NCBI GenBank assembly: GCA_050012755.1
Contig: JBEKGO010000034.1
Coordinates: 1 to 27,774, forward strand
Reading direction: 5' to 3'
Length of the DNA: 27,774 nt
Source: Candidatus Bathyarchaeia archaeon
GTDB taxonomy: Archaea > Thermoproteota > Bathyarchaeia > Bathyarchaeales > Bathycorpusculaceae
Shown here: piece after piece, positions 18,656 to 26,557 of the stretch
Layout of the letters: every line of letters begins with the position of its first letter
How positions within the stretch are numbered: the first letter of the stretch is position 1
Program-made: the position numbers and the translations under genes
The notes under the pieces: generated by a model
Databases searched by the model: none
The model's input: only the letters and a program-made list of their open reading frames with translations
What the model was told of the DNA's origin: nothing

Positions 18656-18847
18656 TTGTCAGCTGAAGATTGGCGTCGTTGGAACGCGATCCTTGAAGCA
18701 AAGTTCCCGGAGCTTAGAAAAGAGAACGCCGCAAACGCCACAACTGAAAAACCGAACAAGGAATATGAGGCTGATTGTAGGCGTTGGAACGCAATTTTAG
18801 AAGCAAAATTCCCAGAGCTCAGGGAAACATCAAAGCCTGAAAGTTAG
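18656..18847 (+). CDS. Repeat peptide (RRWNAILEAKFPELR x2), probably the C-terminus of the 18407 gene
   Basis: Two identical peptide repeats that differ only synonymously; same frame as 18407. Confidence 0.55.
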   Translation: MSAEDWRRWNAILEAKFPELRKENAANATTEKPNKEYEADCRRWNAILEAKFPELRETSKPES

Positions 18848-18871
18848 TGGCTGTACAGTGATTCTACGGTG

Positions 18872-19867
18872 TTAGCTTTTGTTAAGCAAGTCGGTGGCCT
18901 TTTTGCCTTGCTTTGATACTTTCTCTAAACCTTCAATTGCTCCTTTCATAAATTGCTGCAGGAGAGCTATGGTTATTCGGGGATTAGCTTCTGTTCTTAG
19001 TATGAACGTTAGCACGAAATCATTCACGCAAACACACCAAGTTTTCAAGGAATTATCAGTGAGAATTTTTGCCGATTCTATTTTTAGCTTGAACTCTCGG
19101 ATAGCAGCTTCTTCATTAGTACTGGGTATTTCATCAAGAATTCCTTTTACTCCAGCAAGTTGAGCTACGTCCAAATAATACCTGAAATCTTTATAATTAA
19201 GTCCAAGTTTAAAGGTTTCAATTTCCTCATCCAAAGTAGTAATGTACTGAACAATTGGGTTGTCCTTGCGGTATTTTTCCATCTTCTTTCTAATTAAAGA
19301 AAGCCCGGATCCAGAAATATAGAACCTTGCAAATGCTTTGGTTGATTCAAACGCATAGATCAAATAAGCAGTTGTAGAGAGATAATCACCTGCGGAAAAT
19401 GCTTGTTCTGCTTTCTTGATTATTGCACCAATTTCGCCGTTCTTTATTAAAAGAGACAAAGAAACCTCGGCCCAATTAATACCAAATTTCTGTTTTGACA
19501 CTACCTGCAAGAAGTTCTCAGCGAATGGTTTGTATTAATTTAAGACAGCGCTAATATCAGGGACTATTCCTTGGTGCTGGAAACCGTTTCTGGCGCCATG
19601 GAGCCCCATTAAAGCGGTCTTATAGGTTTTTAGATCTTTTAGCTTCTCAACCTGAAGAGCGCACTCTAATAGCATTGGGAAACTGGGATCTCTTTTCGGA
19701 TTTCCATCGGCTTCATCAAGGACCAGTTTAAGCATTGCTTCCAACGAATTATCTAATAGAACTAGTGCAATTGCCCCTTCTAGTGGTGTCGGGTTTTCCA
19801 ATAATTTTATTGAATTGTTGTACACGCCTTTTATGTTAGCTAACCTATATAGTGTTGATTGATTCAT
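18872..19867 (-). pseudogene. HEPN-motif protein split by one in-frame TAA
   Basis: ORFs 19535..19867 and 18872..19510 share a frame (...SAVLN*YKPFAENFLQVVS...); 'LDNSLEAMLK' and RNGFQH (Rx4H). Confidence 0.75.
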
Positions 19868-19957
19868 TGAAATCCGCCTCGTTTACTTGTTAGAACCCAT
19901 ACCTATAAAAAGCCATGGACCACCTGTGGTGAAAAAGATTCGAGTTTCGGTACACTT

Positions 19958-19993
19958 GGGGATTATCCAGGGGGTAATCCGGGGGTATACCCC
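19958..19993. repeat. 3 x 12-bp GGG-N-CCC quasi-palindrome array, copy A
   Basis: ggggattatcca/gggggtaatccg/ggggtatacccc. Confidence 0.65.
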
Positions 19994-20051
19994 TCTGTTA
20001 ATTATGGTATTTTGCTTATATATGATTAACACGAAATGGGTTAATCGTACT

Positions 20052-21341
20052 CTATTTTGTTTTTCCTGAACGTTTCATCGCAGCATCGCCTCGCACCGTT
20101 AAGGAATAATACGCTCGTTTTCCTTTTCCAACTCTTATGACCCATCTTTTCTTCATCATTTCTTGAAGTGCTCGAACAATGGATGATGAGTATTTGTTAA
20201 GTTGCTCGCTTAGTTCGCTCGGTGTGAGTCTTCCTTTGCTGAGTTCCTTCATTATTTCTTGCTCCATCTGGGTTGGGGTTAGAGTCTCGGCTTCCTCTTC
20301 TAGGACGTGGTTAGGAGTTACCGTTTTCGAGTTTGTGTCTATCGCCTTCTGAAGGGCTGAGTAGGTTCTTTCCAACATCAAAAAAGTATTCGGCGCAGAA
20401 ACGTTTAGAATCGCTTTAATTGTCTCTGTAGGTAAAATAGTTCTAATTATCTCGTTTGTTGTCTTTCCATCTGGGCATGTTTGTGAAACACCAAGGAATG
20501 CTCTGGAGAGTATGATGTTCTCAGCATCGTCCAGTTTGGTTACTCCGTTGTACATTTCCACCGTGGAAAAGCGCTTGACTGAAGAAGCGACTGTTTCTTT
20601 GATTGATTCTCCAAACGTGTAAGTCAGCGATATGATGCCTTGTTTGCCCTGAAACCATGCTTGGTTTCCATCGAAAAAGTCTGAGAGCAGAGTATCGGAA
20701 GGTACTTTGTCTAGTTCGTCAATGCTGAATACAAGACAAGCACCGCTTTCTTCTAGGTGCCTGATGAGAATATCTACAACATACCTAGTATCAGTCTGGG
20801 TCGAAGAGAGAATTGATTCAATGTCGGGTTTATGCAGTTGCCCAACTAACCATTCTACTCCTTTTTCAGTTGCATCCGAAGCTAAGCCCAAAGGAGGAAA
20901 AACTAAGCTTAGTCCCTCAGTCATTTTGCGTGCCACCCAAGGAGAATATTTTTTGGCTCCCTCTTTCAAGGCGCTTTCTCTTTTTTTGAATTTTGAAACA
21001 TCTAATATTCCAGAGAGCACGGATCTGTAGAAGACATCATTCAGTTCTTTGATGTTTGAAGCAGTGTTGGCACCTTTTACTGTAATTGTAATTGGAATAA
21101 TTGGATCTTCTGCTGTTTCCTCTAAAGCTTGGTATAGAACACCTTGCATAGCCGCCGTCTTGCCCACGCCTCTGGGTCCGTATATTGAGGTGGTTCGCTT
21201 TTGGGTAATTATTTTAGGCGTTTGTTTCGCAGCAAAATCGTCAATGTCTCGATAGAGCAGACCGAACAATTCATCCTCATAAGAGAGCAGACTCCTTGTC
21301 ATGAATTGCTGTGCAGAAACAAGCTCTTTAGTCTTTGGCAT
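20052..21341 (-). CDS. P-loop NTPase (AAA+/KAP-like) with C-terminal winged HTH
   Basis: Walker A 'GPRGVGKT', Walker B 'VFSIDELDK', C-terminal 'LTPSELSEQLNKYSSSIVRALQEM...YYSLT'. Confidence 0.85.
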   Translation of the reverse strand: MPKTKELVSAQQFMTRSLLSYEDELFGLLYRDIDDFAAKQTPKIITQKRTTSIYGPRGVGKTAAMQGVLYQALEETAEDPIIPITITVKGANTASNIKELNDVFYRSVLSGILDVSKFKKRESALKEGAKKYSPWVARKMTEGLSLVFPPLGLASDATEKGVEWLVGQLHKPDIESILSSTQTDTRYVVDILIRHLEESGACLVFSIDELDKVPSDTLLSDFFDGNQAWFQGKQGIISLTYTFGESIKETVASSVKRFSTVEMYNGVTKLDDAENIILSRAFLGVSQTCPDGKTTNEIIRTILPTETIKAILNVSAPNTFLMLERTYSALQKAIDTNSKTVTPNHVLEEEAETLTPTQMEQEIMKELSKGRLTPSELSEQLNKYSSSIVRALQEMMKKRWVIRVGKGKRAYYSLTVRGDAAMKRSGKTK

Positions 21342-21457
21342 AGTTAACCTGATTTAGGTTAATGATATATAAGCTTTGGCTTACAATTAACATTTAGAAC
21401 TCAGCAGCCCAAAGGTGTACCTTTGAGCTTTCCTTCTGCTAAAGTACACATAATCTA

Positions 21458-21493
21458 CTGGGTTGCCCAGGGGATTACCCGGGGGTACACCCA
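21458..21493. repeat. 3 x 12-bp GGG-N-CCC quasi-palindrome array, copy B
   Basis: ctgggttgccca/ggggattacccg/ggggtacaccca; 26/36 identical to copy A. Confidence 0.65.
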
Positions 21494-21944
21494 GATGGCC
21501 TACGATTCCAGTTACTTCTCCAGCATTGAATCGTAGATTCGTTGAACCTGTTCAGCTGCTACAGACCATTAAAGGAACAAATGCTTGTCGACCATGAGAA
21601 AAGGAACGTTCGACATGTGTCAAATCATTGTTCAGCGACTGTAACGCAGGTGTTTCGCAGAAGTTTTACACCGTTTTACTGATTTTTTGAGAGTATTTGT
21701 TTTCAACACGTTGATTATCACGCAGCCTTCACAACCGAATCTATCTATGACTCAGTTAAAATCCAAAAACAAAAAAAGCCTAACAGGATATTTGAACAAC
21801 AAAAGGACGTCTGTTTCTCTGGGCTCTACACAACAAACCTCTTTTATTTTATTTTGGTGGCGGTGCTCAGATTTTTAACGTAACATACTTTATATCTAAA
21901 TTGGCACCATATCGGTTGCGTGTAAACTATGGGAGAGCAATAGG

Positions 21945-22925
21945 TTGGTCGAAGTAACAATTCAAAAAATTGTTGTTTTGCTCTTTATTATTGTTCTTTC
22001 AGTTTGCTTGTTCTTTCCACTCGCTGATGCAGATACCGTGAACGTAACAAGTCAATTACAGGTCCAGACATTTCAAACGGATTTTGCCTACATCAATTGG
22101 TATTTCAAAGTTAATGCTGCAAATCTTCAAAGTGGCATGATGTTGGTATACTTCCCCAAAAACCTTACTTTTGAAGGACTTCCGCAGGAAAATAATAGTC
22201 TTGCCTCCGGGCCAATAAGTGAGGAATACGATTCAATTAGTAATTTAACTACATTCTCCATTCAAGGGGCGATACCAATTGGAAACAACTCAGCAGACTT
22301 TCCCAATGATAGATATGAAGGAAACTATTTTATTGGTTGCAATTTTCTTAAAGCTGACCAAAATTTTTATGTTGGAGGGGATATTCCTGGCCCAACAAAT
22401 AACTATCAGATTGAATGGTCTCTCACCGACGCATCAAATTTTGCTTCTCAATTGAACAATCAAACTACTTTCATGTTAGCTCTCAGTGGGATTAACCTTG
22501 GAAACTATACTACTTGGTTTAGGCTAAACCTACTTATCTTTCATAGACCGCCCTTTTCAGAATATGTTGGAACATTAGTAAATCAGGTTCCCTTTGGGCT
22601 TGAATTATTTGCTGGATTTATTGGAGCAGTAATTTTAATTCCAGTTAGTTATGAACTGGCTCAAAAACAACCAAGAAAAATCAGGAAAGCCCATTTCATA
22701 GAGCTTATTTTAATTCCAATTTCAGCTTCCATAATAGTCTTTGTTCCTATTTATGAGTTAGCGCTGCATGTGTTTGAAGAACCCCTTCTGGTTATGAAAG
22801 TCGAGCAAAACATGATATTTTTGTTAAAAATATATTTACTGCTATTAGGGTTAGGAATTGCCATTAGAATCCTTTCATTATTTAGAGAAAGAAAACCCCG
22901 CTATCCATGGGAACGTAATCGTTAA
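21945..22925 (+). CDS. Membrane protein: signal peptide, extracellular domain, about 3 C-terminal TM
   Basis: Hydrophobic N-terminus ending ADA, several N-x-S/T sequons, C-terminal hydrophobic helices; AT-rich. Confidence 0.72.
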   Translation: MVEVTIQKIVVLLFIIVLSVCLFFPLADADTVNVTSQLQVQTFQTDFAYINWYFKVNAANLQSGMMLVYFPKNLTFEGLPQENNSLASGPISEEYDSISNLTTFSIQGAIPIGNNSADFPNDRYEGNYFIGCNFLKADQNFYVGGDIPGPTNNYQIEWSLTDASNFASQLNNQTTFMLALSGINLGNYTTWFRLNLLIFHRPPFSEYVGTLVNQVPFGLELFAGFIGAVILIPVSYELAQKQPRKIRKAHFIELILIPISASIIVFVPIYELALHVFEEPLLVMKVEQNMIFLLKIYLLLLGLGIAIRILSLFRERKPRYPWERNR

Positions 22926-23117
22926 ATTTTGCCAAAAAATTTGTTTCTAAACTATATTCTAGATCACAAAAAGAAAAACTCATATAGTCCAGTATTGCAG
23001 GAGGTAGAAAAAATTTTATTGTTTGCTGAAGCTCTGCAGGTAACCTATTTTTCTCGACTGGCTACACAAATAAGCATTTTTCTCAGGAAGAGCAGCTTAC
23101 TCTTTCTACTGGCGCCT

Positions 23118-23990
23118 TCAAGTACATCCAGTTTGATTATGCTTTATGCAGAGGTACGTTGCGAAGAGTGGCAGCAACTCGAGAAGCATCCATAAGTGCA
23201 GTTGAAACTTATAAAGCAGGGAATGGCGATCAAAGAAATTTTCGAAATCCTCTTGGGAATAGGTTCGGTTGAAATTGGAACCTTCTTGATTGTTATTAAA
23301 AACGATTACCCAGCTATGACCTTGCTGACTAATTATAAACCTGCAATGAGCTACGGCATTTCGTATGGCCTTAACGTCAGTTTCCCAGTCCACTTGGCCG
23401 CTCCTTGTGCGTCTTTCCACTTTCGATTCAACGGAACAGATCTCGGCAATGTCATAGCGTTCTCGAAGATTGAAATCAATTAGTGTTTGCCTAAGTTGGG
23501 TTTCAATCGTGTCTTGGATGGATTCAAACCTGATTACTGTTAGAAGCAAAAGTGAGAGAGCGGATAAAATGCTAGATCGGTTATTCTGCAGTGCTGGGAT
23601 TGATCTGTTTGAGAGATCATCCACTTGAGATATCCTTTCCATTTCTGAGTTAATAAATTGCTGAAGATCATAGCTTTTGTTTTTAGTCCTCATTAGTGGG
23701 AAAATCTCGTTATTGTATAGGTCCCAAATGGCCCTAAGTTTTGGTTGCATGAACGGTCTGAATTCAATCAGCGCCCTAGAGACAATGTCTAATTGCCTAA
23801 ACTCATTGTCATCAAAGCAGCGGTCGGTTGACTGACTTAATTTGGTTTCTAGAAACCGAAGATTTATCGCTATGTCTAGAAGACCATTCCCTGGAAATTG
23901 GGAGTTAAGGTTTTCAAAGAAGTTCGATAGTGGTCTGAGCCTTGCCAGTGCTAATGCTTTCGCTTCCTCAAATGTATAGAACAGTTGCAT
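23118..23990 (-). CDS. HEPN-motif protein (putative RNase/defence effector)
   Basis: 'DVKAIRNAVAHCRF' Rx4H motif in a mostly helical 290-aa protein. Confidence 0.7.
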   Translation of the reverse strand: MQLFYTFEEAKALALARLRPLSNFFENLNSQFPGNGLLDIAINLRFLETKLSQSTDRCFDDNEFRQLDIVSRALIEFRPFMQPKLRAIWDLYNNEIFPLMRTKNKSYDLQQFINSEMERISQVDDLSNRSIPALQNNRSSILSALSLLLLTVIRFESIQDTIETQLRQTLIDFNLRERYDIAEICSVESKVERRTRSGQVDWETDVKAIRNAVAHCRFIISQQGHSWVIVFNNNQEGSNFNRTYSQEDFENFFDRHSLLYKFQLHLWMLLELLPLFATYLCIKHNQTGCT

Positions 23991-24162
23991 GCCTTTCGGT
24001 AGTTTTGAAAGACTAAAAAGCTTTGGCTAATGGCGCCTTTACGTTTGTAGTTTACATCTACTGGCTAGATATAATAAAATGTCGACCTTCCTTAGAAAAA
24101 CCATGGCGCAAACGCTCTTTTTCTCGATGCGCTACACAAAAAACCTAATATTTTCATGTAGT

Positions 24163-25389
24163 TCAAAGCACGCCACCACTCGCCTTGAATCTTCTAAACA
24201 AACTTCGAAGCAATTCAAACTCCTCATTGCTCAAATCCATCTCAGGCTTTGGAGCCTCCACTTCTGTCTGTTTAGGAGCTGAAACAACTTCTAACGCTTC
24301 AAGCGCTTTCTTCTCCCTGAAAATCTGCCGCCATTGAGGAATCATCTGTGTAGTGTAGCTTGCCGTATGAGTGATTTGGTGGCCAAGATAGACATTCCTT
24401 ATCAGCTCATCAAGCCCACAATTCCCCAGAGTGGTGTATGTCCAGGTACGAATAAGATGAGGGTAGAGGTACAGTTTTGTTTTAGCTTTGTTCGTTCTGA
24501 AAATGGTCCCGATCGTAGGCTGGGTTATCGGCGTCACATGTGTAATTCCAGCCTGATTTATCTGATGAGTAAAAATGTATTCATCTGGTCCAAGTGACCT
24601 TCCCAGCAACTTCTCTTTTAAGTCACGAAGAGCATTCAGTTCAGTTGCCACAGTTTTTGTTAAGAAACATACCTGCATCAGGTCTTCACGGTATTTTTCG
24701 CTCTCATGGCCTTTCTCGGGTAGAATTATGAATGCGCTGAACGGCTCAATTTTTGGGTACGATTCTATGTTTCGCCATCTTGGAAAAAATTCTCGACCAC
24801 AGTATTTGCACCGGGTAAATTGCCCATCTCTCAAAGGAACTGAAACAAAGAAATCGAACAGTACCCTACCGTAGAAGTTGAAGCCTTCCCTAAAGTTTCT
24901 CAGAAGCTCTTCAGTTAAGGGCGGTTTTGGCTTTGGCTTGTAAACATACTCGACTTCAAGCAAAGGTACTCTGTTGTGAGAGTAGAAACTCTTGGCTGCG
25001 TTTACCGTATTAAAGATCAAATACGAAGCGAGAGGCTTCTTCTTTGCCTGCGCGATCCAAGTTTCCATCAGGCGCTCAGCTGGGAAGTATCGGCGTTCTT
25101 TTTCTTCACTCATTTTCAGGTCAAGCAACGCTGGAGGGCTTAAATCTACACATTTTGAATAGAAAAGAAGATCAGTCAAGTAACGATTTCCGCTTGAAGC
25201 AACAACCTTGCTTAGCCAAATCGCGATGTCCTGATTAAGAGACCAATACGCTTTGTTTTCAGCGGTTACTGAACCTGAAAAATCTAAAATCTTGATTCTT
25301 CGCAGAATAGTCTCAAATTCAACTGCATCGATCCGCCTAAACTTAACATGGTTCAAAGCATCTCCTTCGCTGAACCCAGAATCTTTCAC
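24163..25389 (-). CDS. Tyrosine recombinase/integrase 3
   Basis: 'SVPLRDG' (R), 'PEKGH' (K), 'YPHLIRTW' (HxxR), 'YLGH...ASY' (H, Y); adjacent to the right att site. Confidence 0.82.
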   Translation of the reverse strand: MKDSGFSEGDALNHVKFRRIDAVEFETILRRIKILDFSGSVTAENKAYWSLNQDIAIWLSKVVASSGNRYLTDLLFYSKCVDLSPPALLDLKMSEEKERRYFPAERLMETWIAQAKKKPLASYLIFNTVNAAKSFYSHNRVPLLEVEYVYKPKPKPPLTEELLRNFREGFNFYGRVLFDFFVSVPLRDGQFTRCKYCGREFFPRWRNIESYPKIEPFSAFIILPEKGHESEKYREDLMQVCFLTKTVATELNALRDLKEKLLGRSLGPDEYIFTHQINQAGITHVTPITQPTIGTIFRTNKAKTKLYLYPHLIRTWTYTTLGNCGLDELIRNVYLGHQITHTASYTTQMIPQWRQIFREKKALEALEVVSAPKQTEVEAPKPEMDLSNEEFELLRSLFRRFKASGGVL

Positions 25390-25411
25390 TCAGAAACCCT
25401 CCACTTCTACC

Positions 25412-25428
25412 AGCGCAAAATTTGCGCT
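25412..25428. promoter_or_regulatory. Palindromic operator-like site upstream of recombinase 3
   Basis: AGCGCAAA-A-TTTGCGCT, flanked by direct CTTCTACC repeats. Confidence 0.4.
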
Positions 25429-25518
25429 TCTACCCTGGAGGCTCACAAAAAAAGAAAGAGGGGTTGTGCGTTTAGCCAGAAGAAAACTTGAAGGCGATAT
25501 CACCAATTTGAACGTATG

Positions 25519-25538
25519 CCGTGCTAGGCTACGAGCCC
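25519..25538. repeat. Right attachment site (orphaned tRNA-Arg 5' 20 nt)
   Basis: CCGTGCTAGGCTACGAGCCC, identical to 3844-3863. Confidence 0.92.
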
Positions 25539-25569
25539 ACCCTTGACAACACATCCAATAATGGGGTCG

Positions 25570-25599
25570 GATTAAAAGATTTATGGCAATTCTTATAAA
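25570..25599. promoter_or_regulatory. Back-to-back TATA boxes of the original divergent tRNA-Arg/tRNA-Ile pair
   Basis: TTTTAATC on the minus strand (25570-25577) lies 32-39 nt from the tRNA-Arg 5' stub; TTATAAA (25593-25599) lies ~36 nt before tRNA-Ile. Confidence 0.6.
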
Positions 25600-25634
25600 C
25601 TAACATAATATTAAAGTCCTGTGCTCTGTTGGGT

Positions 25635-25712
25635 GGGCCGGTAGCTCAGCACGGCTGGAGCGTTCGACTGATAATCGAAAGGTCGGCAGTTCAAATCCGC
25701 CTCGGCCCACCA
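25635..25712 (+). tRNA. tRNA-Ile (anticodon GAT), CCA encoded
   Basis: GGGCCGGTAGCTCAGCACGGCTGGAGCGTTCGACT-GAT-AATCGAAAGGTCGGCAGTTCAAATCCGCCTCGGCCCACCA; one A-C mismatch in the T stem. Confidence 0.96.
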
Positions 25713-25770
25713 TCTAACTCATTTTGAAATTGTTTTGCGATGTAAAAAATATGTTTTATGTAAAATTCGG

Positions 25771-26480
25771 GACGCGGAAAGACTCAACGAGACGGGCAGA
25801 GCCGCGTAGAGCCGCAGGGAGACGCACAAAACCGCATAGAGCCGCAGTCTGCAGAGAAATCAAGCCCTAAACCAAAAAAGCAACTTGAAACAAACTGAAG
25901 AGATTTTGCCCTGAAAATGCTTCTGAAACCTTATCTTTTCGACTTAACAGTTACAAATCCTAAATGTCAAATAATGTCAGATTTTGTCAAAAAATGTCAA
26001 ATTATGTCTAAAAATGTATCAACCTGCAGAGAAATTAAGCTTTAAACCAGAGAAGCAACCCAAAACACAAAGAACAAAAACTGCACAAAAAACCGTCAAT
26101 AACTGACTCGGGACACAACATGTCCAACATGTCTTTTCCTTTTTCTTACATTTTCTTACAGATTTTTACATTTTTTTACAGATTCTTACATTTTCTTACA
26201 TTTAGGGACGCAACCTGCAAACAAACCAAACCCCAAAACAAGAAAGCAACCTAAAACACAAAGAACAAAAATAGCTGGAAAACAAAAATTTCTAACCTTT
26301 CGCTTCACTTTTTTCATTTTTCTGCTCTGGACTTTTTTGGACTTATTTAGACTTTTTCCGACTTTATTCGACTTTTTTGGACTTTTTCCGACTCAACCTG
26401 CAAAGAAACCAAACTCTAAATCTAAAAAGCAACTTAAATCACAAAGAAAAAACCTGCCACAAAAAACTGTCAATAACTGA
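25771..26480. repeat. Composite non-coding array: four conserved blocks alternating with four different 10-bp tandem repeats
   Basis: Blocks (CAAC)CTGCA...AAGCAAC at ~25849, 26020, 26211 and 26394; 10-mer arrays at 25771-25846, 25961-26017, 26141-26200 and 26328-26393. Confidence 0.85.
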
Positions 26481-26557
26481 TTTTGTTTTCTGATCGATTA
26501 AACACCAATATTACGTTACACTATTAAGAGCCGCAAAGAATTCATAAACTGAACAGT

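Larger units (their letters stand above)
3844..25538. mobile_element. Integrated plasmid-like/cryptic element (~21.7 kb) inserted in the 5' part of tRNA-Arg(TCG)
   Basis: 20-bp direct repeats, tyrosine recombinases at both ends, primase-helicase, ParB, TA and HEPN cargo; no recognisable capsid, terminase or T4SS genes. Confidence 0.9.

Noticed and set aside
21500-21536. 9-bp inverted repeat CTACGATTC...GAATCGTAG
   Set aside because: Single short repeat with a 19-nt spacer, possibly within a decayed gene tail; no second copy seen.
3844-25538. Provirus or conjugative element call
   Set aside because: No recognisable capsid, portal, terminase, packaging ATPase, VirB4/VirD4 or relaxase genes.
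4258-25546. Numerous antisense or alternate-frame ORFs in the track (e.g. 4258..4608, 6678..7184, 20707..21030, 22929..23195, 24575..24874, 25253..25546)
   Set aside because: Shadows of longer motif-bearing genes, with no independent evidence.
25635-25654. tRNA-Ile 5' end as a third, inverted att site (16/20 match to the core)
   Set aside because: Explained by general tRNA sequence conservation.
25771-26480. CRISPR array
   Set aside because: The conserved blocks are degenerate and too long, the unit is 175-191 bp, the intervening DNA is tandemly repetitive and no cas genes are present. Kept as a non-CRISPR array.
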